Position numbers and translations under genes: made by a program
Notes under the pieces: model-generated
What the model saw: the letters and a program-made list of their open reading frames with translations, nothing else
Database searches by the model: none
What the model was told of the DNA's origin: nothing
Assembly: GCA_002633005.1 (NCBI GenBank)
Contig: NMRA01000206.1
Location: 1 to 45,652, forward strand
Direction of reading: 5' to 3'
Length of the DNA stretch: 45,652 bases
Source of the DNA: Phoronis australis
Taxonomy: Eukaryota > Animalia > Phoronida
Shown here: positions 24,570-38,557 of the stretch, piece after piece
Layout of the letters: every line of letters begins with the position of its first letter
Numbering within the stretch: the first letter of the stretch is position 1

Positions 24570-26870
24570 GGAATGCAGTACACTTCCTGCGACAGGTTAT
24601 CCGCAAATTGTGCAGTTATCCCCCTACACTTTTAAATTACTGATAATAGTTTGTTCTTGTATATTTCTGATGGAATATTTCCTGGCAATATTTAGGTCAT
24701 GCGTTGTAGTGCAAGTTACACCTTTCTGGCGATGTGGTATGAACTTGCTCTCCTCTTTCATGATGACCCTATCGTTAATCGACGGTTCGTCACTATAGAA
24801 ACAAAGCTGGCGAATGTGGCTTGCGACCTGTATGGTTGAGTCTTGTCAACCACCGGAGACCATTTATCTCACTTAGCAACAGGTGTGATCACCATCTGTT
24901 GCCTGCTGTATGGTTTGCCGTTTTGTACATGTACTTGAGAACTGAAGTGTTTCAACGCAAACTTCGCGGTCAAGACCATCTTGGCTTTTAAGGGTTCGAA
25001 AGCGCCTGAGTGCATCAGGTACACCAATATAATGCCCTAACATGTGTAATGGTAAAGTTATACTCTTGCACATTGAGGAGTATGAGTTTCGGTCTATGCT
25101 GAGTTTATGTTATTGGTTTGTTTTAAATCAGTTAAAGAGGTGTGTGATCCTAAATCACTTCAGATGGTCTCCCTTATAAATAGGCATGGTGCCGTTTTAT
25201 TACAGGAACTATTACAAACATCTCACCCTCTATGTTGGCGCACTTGTGATGTGTTTGACTTAGCGATTTGATGACGGAATAATTAGGACGACAATGCGTG
25301 GAGTAGTGATTGTTATCAAGCTCGTCTGTCTGAGGCAACTCTGCACTGAGGCCTTTTGAGAAGAAAGTCAACTATCAGAAAGTTGGGCTTTCGGTGTCGT
25401 AGTATTTCGTACAAGCGTCTTTCTAAATAGTTTTCTTGAGCAATTCATAGCCTGTAGTCACTCGACCATTCAAAGGGACCATACTTGTGGAGTAACGCTC
25501 TCATCGATGGTTCTACTTGTGATGACAAAATTCGAATGAATGGTAATTAAGGGACGTATGAATTCGTGAATTTCAGTTTTGTTCATTGATTGCTGCATAC
25601 AGTAGACGTTCTAAGATCTGATTATACGCCATTGATTCTATACACCATGCCGACACACGTGTTGTCTCGTTTCTTTTCAAGACACTTATCGTTTTTGAAA
25701 ACAATGTCAATATTCGTTTCACAGGTGAGAGCGTTGTAATGCTTCCTCTTCATAACGTAGAATTATCTTGAGGACTTGACAGGGGTCTCACACTCCACTG
25801 ATTTATCCGTATTATTTTGAAAACGCTTTGCCCAGTCACGCATTGTGTGTCATAAATGAGATAAGCATACCTGCAACTGATGCAGCAAGTAGAACTACTC
25901 TCGTTTATCACATTGGTGTAGACTCACAGTTTTCTGTGGTTTTCTGTTGACCCCAGACCCTCCAGAGTTGCACCATATGCCAACTACGGACAGTCTCTCA
26001 TGACGACTTATCGTTGTGTTGGTGCGTGCAGACACCACGACGTCAATGCCCCAATACCGCCATGCCAATGACGCCAGGTGATTTGGTTGACATGTTGCAG
26101 GAATAAACCCTGTGCCACTGACTGAAACATTGGCATTCGTCAGGACTGATATCTGCCCGAAAGATGTCTGGAGTTACGTCAAGTTTTGACTATTTTTGTC
26201 AACCATGATGGTCTAATGCCTGATTTGGCATACAATTTTAAGAATGATTAACTAGCACCGTTCAGCGGATTATGTTTTCTCAGTTCCGATGGTAGGTTTG
26301 TGTGGACAAACATTCAGGGTTGCATATAAGCGTTTCAGTTCCAAGCACACTCTCAAAGACCCAGCGGGATTGGTCACCGTAGTCATACTGTTGTACCACT
26401 CTTAGTTTGTGCGATTTCTAATTTGATCTCCATTTTGTCGAATTCTTCACTGAGTGGATCACTGATGCAGATGTTTTTTTTTCAATTGTCTATCGACGGC
26501 GACGCATGCGGTTTGATGTAAACGTGGGCCTTTCCCAGTAGGTTACCAACTGGTTGGGTTACATGTGCTTTAGATCGTCAACAGAAGGGCTACCAACTTA
26601 TAATTGGGCCTGTATAGTCTCTTGCTGTGTGTGTGAGCGTTCAGTTGGTGATTTCTTGTGTTAGTCAACCGACGGCCTGTTTACCTTCAGTTTGATGATG
26701 TCGAGCTTCTTACCAATTGGCGAGCCATTGATGGCGCCCTCGGGCTTTTACTGCATGTATATGGAATCTGGCTTTTGGAATGCTTACCGCTGAAGTCACA
26801 ATCAGGCATGGTGCTGTCGTAACCGTCTACGGTCGTGCCGTTGTAAACACTGATAGCTGATGTCATCAAG
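24570..26870 (-). pseudogene. Heavily decayed Ty3/Gypsy pol (protease region, RT, RNase H, start of integrase)
   Basis: Through stops: WYNSMTTVTNPAGSLRVCLE, KLYAKSG, GRYQS*RMP, ANIEGEMFVIV..HHAYL*GRP..DHTPL, VQEYNFTITHV..VPDALRR, YSDEPSINDRVIMKEESKFIP. Domain order is RT-RH-IN. Confidence 0.8.
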
Positions 26871-26874
26871 GTGG

Positions 26875-28620
26875 CTTTTGGCTGGATTCGACATAGTTTG
26901 CCCCACATAGTGGCCATTTTTACTGTTTTTTGAGACTATTTTTTGGCTTCCAACCCTCTATCAACCAAACTGCTCTCAGGATGGTTATGAAAATTGACCT
27001 GTATGTTCTTAATATAAAGAGGATAGCTGACGATCATTTTCCGACGACTTTTATTACTGTAACAGGTTTTTTTGCGATAGCTGTATCTCCTAAAATCGTT
27101 TGCATGACTTTAACTAAATTTAGCATTTTTTTTTGGTTTGATGTTGACAACGGACGATGACGAGTTTCGCATGGATCGAAGTACCGGTGGCAATTTTATT
27201 TTTTAACGTTTGCCGTTGTGTCTGGGTATTATGGTTATTAGTTGGATTATAGGAATTTATTGGTGAGATGACGCTGTCCTCCCGTTTTCGGATAGATTCG
27301 AGGTAATTTGCGCCACCTAGTGGCCAATTTTACTGTTTTTGAGCCTGTTTTTTGGCATCAACATTTCTGTCAACCAAACCGCTTTAAACATGATTGTGAA
27401 AGTTGACACGAATGTTCTTACTACGAAGAGGATGGCTGATGGTGATTTTCCGACAACTTTGACTACTGTACCACCTCCAGGCAGTTTTTTGCGCCCATGG
27501 CTGTAACTCCTAAGTCGTTTGCAGGATTTTTACTAAATTTAGCAAGTTTATTTACAGTATGTTCACAACGGACAATGGCGTCTTTCGTACGGATTGAACT
27601 ACCGGTGCGCCTCTTAGTGGCAATTTTATTTTTTTACGTCCACCTCTGTAACTTAATAGGTCCTCATCGTGTTTTAAACTTGAAAACTAGGCATCTATTG
27701 GAGAGATTACGCTATCGTCCGGTTTTCGGTTGGATTCGTGGTATTTTGCGCCTCCTAGTGGCCATTTTACTGTTTTGGGTGCTTTTTGGCGTCCACATCC
27801 TCATCAACCAATCCGCTCTAAAGATGAATGTGAAATTGGCATGTATTTTATTAATATGAAGAGCATGTTTGACGATGATTTTCCGATGACATCCAGTACT
27901 TTGGCGCCTCGTAGTGGCAGTGTTGTTTTGTTTTGTTTTTGCGCTCATGGCTGCATCTCATCTTTGCAGGATCTTTACTAAATTTAGCAAGTGTATTTAT
28001 AGGATTTTGACATCGAACGACGACGACTTTCTCACGGATCTGAACACCAGTGTTCCCCTAAGGGCAGTTTTAGTTGTATATATTTACCTCTGTACATTCA
28101 AAGGTCCTCAACGGATTTTTCATGAAATTTGGATTATAGGCATGTGTTGACAGGCTGACGCTATCCTCCCATTTTGGGAAAAAAAATCCAGGTATTTTGC
28201 GCCACCTATTTGCGATGTTTACTGTTTGTGAGTCTATTTTTCGGTGTCCACCCCTCTATCAACCAAACCATTCTAAGGATGATTTTAAAAATTGGCGTTT
28301 GCTTTCTCAGTGTGAAGAGAACGATTACGCTGACTACTTCGGTTACTGTGGCACCTTCTGGTGGTGGTTTTGTTTTGTTTTGTTTTGCTTTGTTTTGTTT
28401 TGTTTTGCTGCCATATCTGTATCTGCTTAACCAATTGCAGGAACTTAATTAAATTTTGTAAGTGTACTTATGCAAAAATATCAATAGATGTCGACTTTGA
28501 GGTGGACGCTGTGCCCCCCTAATGGCAATTTCATTTTTTTTTTCATTTCCCTTTGTTTCTCTGAAGTTCCTTGACAGTTTTTTATGAAATTCTGCAATAT
28601 ACAGGTTGTAGCTTTCTGGT
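26875..28620 (-). repeat. Tandem satellite array, about four diverged units of ~410-450 bp, same family as 505-1558
   Basis: The anchor tagtggcca..tttactg recurs at ~26908, ~27319, ~27757 and ~28208. Reverse-complement match to ~840-1390. Confidence 0.85.
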
Positions 28621-29460
28621 AAAGAAGCATGAGCATGTTCCGTTTTCAGATAGATTGGACGTGTTGCGCCATCAAGCGGCCATTTATATGATAGAAAAAA
28701 TCTTTGAACAACTCCTGAAGCACATCGTTTGCTGTGCATTCGTGACCGCATTTCAAGGCTCCGCGATGATTTTGTTGGAATTGATAGTGTCAAAAGTGCG
28801 TCATAATGACATATTTTGATATTTTTAAACACCATTTGAATGCCTTGTCTCCACGGGCCAAACATGGGCTTTGTGATAGCTACAGCTCTCGTCTTTGACA
28901 CGCAATCATTATTTTTGTGGGCAGCACCTTTTTAATTCTCAAATTCGCACTATAGCGAAGGCACTTTCAGCCCTTTCACCTATTTCTTACTGCCACCAAA
29001 AGAGGGCGGCAAAGCAGATAATATGGAAATATGATCCAAATTGGAAGTGAATTGTAATAAAAAATAACATTAAATTCTATTCAGCATTACCAGATATGGT
29101 TCGAGCGTTCCTTTAGCAAAAAATTGCCTTATTGGCATTAAGCTAAGAAACGGATTGAGATCCTCGAAAATAGGTCACGCTCTTAAGCAAAATGGCTGTG
29201 ACCAACGAGCCACTGATTTAATGCTCGTTCTTTGAAGTCCCATCGCCTCGCTCTACATTTTCTGAAGCTGTGAATATCGAAAAAGAGCTTTTACCCACGT
29301 CAACCTGCACCAGAGACATTGCCAAGTACCTGAAAATTGTCGACGCACCATATCACTTGAAAGAATGGATATCTGGCATGATTGAGAGTGTGTGAGACAA
29401 CCGAACTAGCCAGCCTCTTAAAAGGAAAGGTCATATGTCCAAAGCACGGAATGCTGCTTA

Positions 29461-32400
29461 TAGTCCGGTCCCTTAGCGGCCAAAAACCCCAAAACATTTA
29501 CACCGCGGATTAAAACACCAAATTTGGTACACAGATACTTTGGGACACGCTGAATCTCATGGGAGTCGGTTGCCCGAAATTTGAGGTCAAGGTCAAGGTC
29601 AAATCAAGGTCAAAGGTCATGTGGGTATTTTTTTTTGAAATGGCTTCAGACGAAATATCTGTTTCATTACTGTTTCAGGTGACAAGGAGGAGGCTTTTTT
29701 ATTTAAAATTAATGTTAATAACTTGTACAAATAAGTTAAAAGTAAAAAAGTAATTTTCCAGACACTTAAGATGATAATTATCCTATATAATAGAGCATAT
29801 ACATTTTCAATGAAAAATAAGTCTCTTTTCTCTGACTGAGAAAAACTGTCAAACTGGTATAAATGTGCATTAAATCAACTCTAAAATGTTTTACCTTTAA
29901 CAGAAATTCATTTTTAAATGTTTTTGTTACAATATTTATGGTTAATTATGTAACAAATCGTCTCCGTAATTAAACGAAATCGGACATCTTGCTAAATTTT
30001 CAAAGAACAATTGCTGAAACTTTTATCATCACTTTTATTTTGATCATAGCTGAAGGTAACTTTGTTAATTAATGAGTTTATATTTTAGTTTGAAATTGAT
30101 TGTCACATCAACTAAACCATTTAAAGTAATTTAGGTGATTTATGGTTTCCAGTAGAATGAAATAAAAAAGTCAGGTTTTACTTGTTGTATCACAACAAGG
30201 TGAAGCCCTTGTTGCACTAAACTTTAAAACAGGTCCAGGCATAATGATTGTCTTGAGGAACATGTCCTATAAACCAATGTCTATTTTTAAGATTTGTGTC
30301 CATCCAGTTAGTTGTGTTGACGCATTATGTAACAACTGAAGCTGATCCTTGCTCATCCAGACAACAGTACCCAAGCACGTGACATCAGGTCTGAGACTCG
30401 CATGATGTTGATCTCCAGTTCATTGTTCTTGTAATATTATTTTGAATGAGATGTACTAATTTAGGTATGTACTTTTTTGAGTAACTATGTATATAAAAAT
30501 ATCCTAAATTGATTTAACTGATTGAAGATAATCATATCGCGTTTGGTGGTAATAGACCGACCCAAAAAACCTCGCCTCATTTTCGAATAGGTGGAAATTC
30601 CTGAGATTTCCACAAACCTTTGAGTAAACTGCGATTTCACGCCTATACACATTTCCTGATGGCGTTAAGTTCCATTGCCAGACGTAATTTTCATGTTTAT
30701 TGCCCCTACAGCCCTAATGGGTTACTACACTATTGAAATCGCTGATAAAAGTGTGTCAAGTTTATAGTCCCTGTAACCCCTGAGATTCTATCACGAATAT
30801 TTTGCGTTATGACTTTTGGTGGACTTCAGCACATCTGAAGACAGGATCAGGGATTTCCTGTTTAAATCAGTATAGTAGCTATTCTCATAAATACAATGTA
30901 AGTTGTTTAATAAGGCATAAGAGAATAATTTTTCCAACAGCCCTATTCCGATTAATAATATCTACAAAAATTACGCTTTGATTTCGCAGTAGATTCTTCC
31001 CAAGGCCAAGTTGTTTGAGCAATGCCTTACTTCAGAGTCACCACTAGTAATTGCCCGACAACCGATTGTTCTAAAACTTTATTGAAAGCAGTTGAGATAA
31101 CGTACATTTTCTGAATAACAAGCCATAGGCACAATTAATAGAAATGTTTCGAAGACGGCTGGTTACTTGAGCTGAAACCATACATCAGCTCTCGTTAAAT
31201 TACTATGACGTATTCAGACTGGGTCTCTGTCCACATCCAAGACATGACAGCTATGTCATCTAACGTATGACAACATCTTAAGAAACACTGGGTGTATTCA
31301 ACGACACAGTAAAGATTCTGTGCTATTGCAATTGACCAAGCAGATCAACAAAATAATGCCTTAGTCAAAGACAGTGATGGGGCTATTGGATTAACTGAAA
31401 ATCCAAACGCTTTGACAGGGCTGTGTTTGGGAGCGAGCTAGCCTGGTTGGTGACTGAGTTTGATTGTCAATAGTGTTTTGAAGACAATAGTGAGGAGACA
31501 AGCCACCACAAAGACAGGACATCCTTCCAGAACAACTTTAAAAACCATGTGAACAGTTTGTGTGATGTAAGATGTAATTTCAGCCAAGAGAAACTTATGA
31601 CGATAGATGCGCTACAAGTCTTCAGATTATCGAAGTGACTGGAAAACAGCAATACGACAACTATAAGCAAACAGTCCTAATTGTAAAGTCACAACCAGTA
31701 AAGGCTCCTACCAAGAAAAAAACAAGTATGCTGTTTTCAAAAAAGCTAGCGGAAAGGCAAAAAGAGCAACTCAGCAACGCTTGGATAACACCAGTCAGCT
31801 TTTTGTAGCTAGTCAATTTCTAGAAGCTAACCTGGATGATTTTCTTATGCATGAGAATCATTCTTGGCCACCATCCCTGAACCAAAACAGCAGTCTCCGT
31901 TTACCTTCACAGAAGTCACAGTTACTTAACATGTTGGAATTTCCTCATCCAGACGTTCCTGATTCCGTCGATGTCAAAGTCTTTGATCGACCAGCTATTG
32001 TGCACAGCTTTCCTCCAAATCAATCAGTGACATTCGGACAGTTCGGTGGGCACATTCTTAACTTCACAACTGTAGTACAGTTGACATTGTGTTTGCAGAT
32101 GCTTACACCGAAGGCAGCTTGAAGGCCACCGCAAAAGCTGATAGAGGTTCGGGTGACCTTGCCAAAGTTTCACCCCAAATGCGACTGTCTGATCTTCCAG
32201 AATTTCCTGCAAAACTCGAAGATTATAGAGGAATTGTTTGACAATCGCCTGTTCTCCAAAACAAGATATATATTTTACCTACGGCCAGTCTGTTCTTTCC
32301 TCTGGTTCTGACATACCGATGTGCGATCATGAGGAGTCGGACACCCCTATGGGCTTGTATATTGCAGACATTTCATCAAAGGTAATCTGGTTACTACTGT

Positions 32401-33782
32401 GTATACTTATGTTGTGGTCGATCTTTGGTGTTTTGTTCCGTTTAAGGCTTTGCAGCCAGCAATTCTAGTACGGGTAGTTGTTAAAGCTGGAAAGAATGCG
32501 CGGGAGCTCTTTGCCAGTAGCGTGTTTGACCAGCTTGGGTACGATTTGTGTGTAGCTCTACCAGTTTCATGCCTTAACAGGGTCGGACACAACATCCCAG
32601 TTCTATGGAGAAGGAAAGAAAACAGCATGGAAGACATGGGAAGCTAACCCTGATGATACTCAGGCATTGTCATGCCGGCAATTTGAATTCCTTTCAGCAA
32701 CTCAACATCGACAGTCAGGAGTTCAAAGCAATTGACATTTACATGTCTCGTTTATCATCGAAAAGCCAAAACCAGCCAGGTCAATACTTTACAAAAGGAG
32801 CTTTCCCTCAAAAGTTCAGATCATGCCAAATTTATCGCTTCCCCAATCTCCACTGATAAAGAATGTTAACATATGCTTGTATCAAGCTGGCAGAGGGGTC
32901 CAGAGAGGTTTGGATGGCAGAGAGACACAGACCAACAACGGACACCAGGCTGGACAGACATGCCTGAAGTCTCCAAAGCTGGTCAGCAGCTCATTAAGTG
33001 TGGTTGCAAGAGCTTACATCTACATGTATGCGGCAAGTTATGGGGATGTAATTCCTTAGCATGCACAACGCTTAGCAGATGCCAGGGAACATGTCAGTGA
33101 CATGGTTTGTTTTGGCGCAAAGGAACAGATGCTAGTGTTAATTGAATTATGTGAGCTACAGTGACAATTTGACATTAATCCATTTTATTGTGTTGATATT
33201 ATAAGCAGTTGACAATCGGTTTATATTATGTAGACGGGAGCTAGAACAAGCATATTAACGTCATTTATCAAAGCTGGCCTCCGAGTTTTTGGTAGTCTGT
33301 CAAGTGCTATGCATATATTGGTCTCTTTATCATAACATCAACCGAATTGTCATAATAATTGTACAAACGAGTTCATTTTTGGTTAAGAGAACCTATTTGT
33401 TTTTGTATTATTAGTCTTGCACCAGATCAAAATAGATACTTTTGCAAAAATTGTAGTTGGTTCGTTAAATTTTGGCCGCCATATTGGATTTATGCAAACG
33501 AGGGGTTTTCATATTATAAGGCAAATATATTGCAATGTCATTTTGATAGAATTCTAGTTAAGAAAGCACTATTACCTAGCCTTAAAATGTGTGATCACCT
33601 CTTTAAGTAACCAATGAAGTGTTACTTGGCGGCCATTATGTTTTTCAAGATTTGACCTTGACCTTGACCTCAAAATTTGGGCAACCGACCCCCATGAGAT
33701 TCAGCATGTCAAAAGTACCAGTGTGCCAAATTTGGTGCTTTAATCCGAGGTGTAAAGGTTTTCGGGTTAAGGGCCTGGACTA
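29461..33782 (+). mobile_element. Academ DNA transposon, 4322 bp
   Basis: TIRs of ~130-150 bp starting TAGTCC and ending GGACTA. 3-bp TSD TTA on both sides. Internal Academ transposase motifs. Confidence 0.9.
31130..33100 (+). pseudogene. Decayed Academ transposase (C-terminal part)
   Basis: AIAIDQADQQNNALVKDSDGAIGLTENP, HENHSWPPSL, CDHEESDT, FHALTGSDTTSQFYGEGKKTAW, and a Cys-rich tail LIKCGCK..CTTLSRCQGTC. Many frameshifts. Confidence 0.88.
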
Positions 33783-34764
33783 TTACTATGGAATTTTCGT
33801 TTAAGCAGACACTTGCCAGTATCGATGTTCTAAGGTGTACTATTGCAGTCTCAGGAATGTTCACCCCTCAATCCCACGGGTAAGTCAACTGAATAAGTGA
33901 TAATTGGAAGGTCACAGTTTTCCTAACAATTCAGAATATGGGCTGCATTCAATTACACATGCTATTTTGATTGTTGCTAGTTTTCCTAGAAATCTCACTG
34001 GGATTAGTGATACAATATGAGAACCATTTTCAGTTAAATTTGTGATGGAAGGCCATGGTTTTATGACCATGTATGAACTGAATATACTCCCCTATCTTGT
34101 CTTTTTAAGGAAATGCATTCTGATGCTTACTGCTAGGTTGCTTATTTAACAGGAAAATTGAGTGCTCGGATAACAAATGGGATCGGAGATTTGATGGTTT
34201 TGGAGAATCCTGTTTCTGATTGCAAACGAGTGAAATTTGTTGTTTTGGGATATACTGCTGCATCCTCATTGAGACCGTTCACGAGATTTAGCAATCAAAA
34301 CACACAAGACAAAGATTATCCTGTGTCCAGAAGAGTTCTGTCACAGAACTTTTGATACTCGAAACAAACCCGAGAGCAATTTAGCATGGACTGGCCTGAT
34401 AAACAGCTAACAACACTTGAAGATAATGGCTGTGACAATGCGCGGAGAATGTGGGCTGCGAAAGCCTCAAGTTTTGAAATAGAAGTCTAAGTTCATGATC
34501 TAAATGCATGCTCGTTGAACTCAATTTGGCGCCATGAATCCATACGTTTGACATTGCATAACATTTGTTATGCGTTTTAGTCACTGATTAATCCGAGGAG
34601 ACACGTGTAAATGTGCTGTGTGATGTTCGGTATTACAACCCAACAAAAAGTGAGACTGGTGTGGAACACGCTACCCAACATCCTATGCAGCAATGGCTTG
34701 GACATTCACACAGATTTAGGCTGTTTTTTTGATGTGGAATGATGTATCAGTCAGACTACTGACA

Positions 34765-35619
34765 CAACACAACTGATGAACACAGCTTCTGTATTTTTAA
34801 GCGAATTTTGTGAATTCACAAAACATGCCTACCCATCCAAAATGCATAGCTCTAGGTCTTGCATTCACTAAGAAACACGCGGTTCATGGACTGCAAACAC
34901 AAATTAGGTACTTATAAAAACTCCTCACTCACTCTTTCCTTGAAATTTTGAACTGTGATAATGTTTGGTTGCAAAAGCCGTGTTTGGTGTGTGGAAACGG
35001 TTATCGGCTTACAATTAGGTTTGTGAGTGGTGTTCACCGGTCTTTAACCATTGTTGTTCTGGTAGCTTTCAAGTGGACTAGATGACATATATTTCCTTAT
35101 TGATTTTCGCCTTCACAGATGTAAAAATGCAGGCAGCGAGTACCCAAACAACAGGGGACCTATACAGTGCTGATCGAATCCAACGTCCTATCGAACGCGG
35201 CTAGGCCGCGTCCGGANCAACACAACTGATGAACACAGCTTCTGTATTTTTAAGCGAATTTTGTGAATTCACAAAACATGCCTACCCATCCAAAATGCAT
35301 AGCTCTAGGTCTTGCATTCACTAAGAAACACGCGGTTCATGGACTGCAAACACAAATTAGGTACTTATAAAAACTCCTCACTCACTCTTTCCTTGAAATT
35401 TTGAACTGTGATAATGTTTGGTTGCAAAAGCCGTGTTTGGTGTGTGGAAACGGTTATCGGCTTACAATTAGGTTTGTGAGTGGTGTTCACCGGTCTTTAA
35501 CCATTGTTGTTCTGGTAGCTTTCAAGTGGACTAGATGACATATACTTCCTTATTGATTTTCGCCTTCACAGATGTAAAAATGCAGGCAGCGAGTACCCAA
35601 ACAACAGGGGACCTATACA
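34765..35619. other. 402-bp near-perfect direct duplication flanking a 50-bp GC-rich segment and an N (probable contig-join artefact)
   Basis: 34765-35166 equals 35218-35619 with one substitution noticed. N at 35217. Confidence 0.85.
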
Positions 35620-37897
35620 ACAATAGGGTGGGCTCTGAAATCAGCACTAAGGTCCGAAAGAGTGACTGAAATCATACAGATATAATTGAGAGATGCATTC
35701 AACGAAGGCACGAAAATGGTCAAAAATCAATCCAGTGAGGTGGTCTCAACAAATCAGAACTGCAAATAAAGGCAATGGCCCGTTGTGATCAGCACTGGAA
35801 GACTGGTGAACATCAGTGTTGCTTTATTCTCGTTGTTCTGCTTATGGTGTGTCTGTTACTATGAAATAATATTGCTAGTAAGTTTGATTCTATGATATTT
35901 TCTGTAAAATTACTTCTCACGCCGAGAATGTCCCTTCAACTTTCATTTGTAAATATAAATATACAGCACAATCCAAAAGTATCAGACAAAATAACCTGGA
36001 ATTCCTTGCCATGACGGCTGGGCGGAAGTAGAATTTGTCGACAAAGTGGTCTTCCTCTGAGACTGAGAATGAAAGGGAAACAGGAAAGTTAGTATGGTGG
36101 CTAAGGCATTCTGTAATTTGCCGCCGCAATAGTCATTACCAGTCCTTTCTGCATTAACATTGAGTAGCTCCCATGCTGTGAAAGTGTGTATACTGTATTA
36201 TCTGATTACTTTGGTATGTTCTGTATGATTGTTTGCGTTCATGAAAGAGCCCGTGTGTGGGTCCATTATGCTACCATCCCTGTCTTTTTATTTGGCATCT
36301 GCTGCTGCATCTCTAAATCCTTGGACAATGTCACATTTTACATTTGGGATGACACAAGAGAATTTTGGAACATATTTAAATACCACTGTACCCCTAGTGG
36401 AATTTTTTATGTAAGTCTCTATATCTACAGTGTAGCTTGTTGCTTGACTGGTTTTCAAGAAATTTGTCAAGCAGGTTTCAGTTATGGAGACGACCACAGT
36501 TTCTATATTATCTGTACAGAAATCTTGTCTTTAAGATGAGCACGGTTGATTGGACGACCTCCTATGATGCCCCTTCATGACAGTTTATGTTTTATTTCTA
36601 CCAAGTCTTTTGACGTATTTTCGTGCAATTTATTTTTTTTCTTTTGAGGAAATGAGGACAAACTGACATTTTCGGTTGAAGTCAAGGTATTCTGTGCCCT
36701 TAAAGGTTATTATTTCTGGAAGAGTGCTATCTGTCCTTCAAAGAAAGTGCTTGGAGGAAAGTTATGAAATTTTGCTCAACTGTTCCTGTTGAGATAATCA
36801 CAACTAACAGGTTTACTGATGGGTGCAATCACTTTGACGCACGGAGTGGCGTTTCTGCAAATATAGTGTATACCAGTGATGTTTATACTGATGTTACAAT
36901 ATGTATATCACATTGTGTCTAGAGAGAGACAGAATTAGTTACTGCGTCAACACTCCGACTGTGTTATTAAAGTTTGGGTTTTTTAATAGCACTAACTTCA
37001 ACACTGACCCTGGTGTTGACCTGCTAAGCTGATAATTTGCTCTACTTATACATTACTAAATGTTGTTTCTACAGTAGTTGTCTGCCGTCTTGTAAGGTGT
37101 CGATCAACGATACGTCTTTGCTGTGGGTAGGCAGCCAAAACTTGTTTCACAATGCATTATTTCTGTTTTTATGCTTCGAATTCACGGTGAATAGTTTAGG
37201 TAGTAAATGTTCAAAAGCTTCCGACTTCTGTTGATAAACAAAGTTCAGGTCCAGTCTAGCCTCAAGGAATAGTAAGCTTGCCCTCCGACAGTCGCTCCTC
37301 AATTTTGTCAAAAATAACGTTCGATTGTTTGGCTTCATCGTAACTCAGTTTGAATTGTAAGTTTTCAGAGCTTAATCATCGAGTCCTTGGAGTATGAAAG
37401 ACACATTAGTTTTGAACAGAATGACATTGCTAATCTGCCAACCCAAAGCTTTTCCTAAACGGATAACATACATGTAAACTGATTTCGCATTTTTGGGTTG
37501 AATGGCAAGGAAGACGTTTTGGATCTACTTAAGAAAATAATGCGATGGTGTGGTTGCCCTCAAAGCAATATGTTTCTGTGGTCCAAGCTTCATATGTAAC
37601 TTGTTCATCATTTCTCTCTCATTTAGCAAAATGTTCTCGATCTTTGAACGCGAACCATATATAGCCTATTTTCGAGCACGGTTTTTGACGCTCGCTATGT
37701 GCCCAGTGAGTAAAGAGATATTGGACGGGTTCCTTGTTGTATCCTTTAATTAACAAGGACATGAGAAAGGTATAACCATGGTAAAGGTTTTGTTTAATGG
37801 AAGGTGACGCTGATGACATTAGTTGTGGGGAAGTTGCGGAGTCGAAAGTTTAACACATTTGACCGTTTTAAATGTGAAAATTAACATCCTGTTGCAG

Positions 37898-38044
37898 ATG
37901 ACACAGATGGAATAAAGCTTGTAAAACAGAGTCAAGGTATTGCATTATCAATCACGAAGATTAGGAGACAGTTCCGGGTATCCTGTTTTGCACTGAATGA
38001 CAGGGGGCAACAGTCGATAATGTCTGGTTTAGTACTTCCTTTAG
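37898..38044 (+). CDS. Exon: C-terminal half of an Ig-like domain
   Basis: Acceptor ttgcag, donor gtaagc, phase 1/1, 49 codons open. Encodes IALSITKIRRQFRVSCFALNDRG (LxI..xCxAxNxxG). Confidence 0.65.
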
Positions 38045-38557
38045 GTAAGCATTCGCACTTCTGCAAATCCTCCGGACGAGCGTGCATGAAATGCATGTGC
38101 ATACAAAATTCAGTGTATGCCGAACTTGGCGTACAGAAAATGTGTCGGTAAATGAGAGAACCAGTTTAAAAAAAGAATCGATATTTTCCTGAACTCGCTG
38201 ATCGTCTAATCCATGAGTTGCAAAGCTGTGTGTTTACTTAATTAAACGGTGCCTATTCTTGACGATAGATATCACGAGCACCCTGTATCGATTGGCCTAA
38301 TAAGCCCGAGTAAGTTTAGTTCATGAATATTCTCAGCATTTTTTTAAGTTTACAAGCTTTTAAGGAAGCGTTTGTGTGCTTGCCATGAGAGAAACCTTGG
38401 CAAAACGTATATACCTTTCGAATACTTCTCCAATGCAATACTTTTGAATATCGGCAGTTTTAACAGAGATTAGAATGACGTTGACGGTCAGCTAGTTTTG
38501 ACGTGATATCCACATCTGTCGTTGACATTATACAACATCATGAGTTTGTACCCACAG

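Noticed and set aside
22113-26870. LTR-like segment as the 3' LTR of the Gypsy pol
   Set aside because: No adjacent polypurine tract, and about 1.7 kb of unrelated exon-like DNA lies between the two
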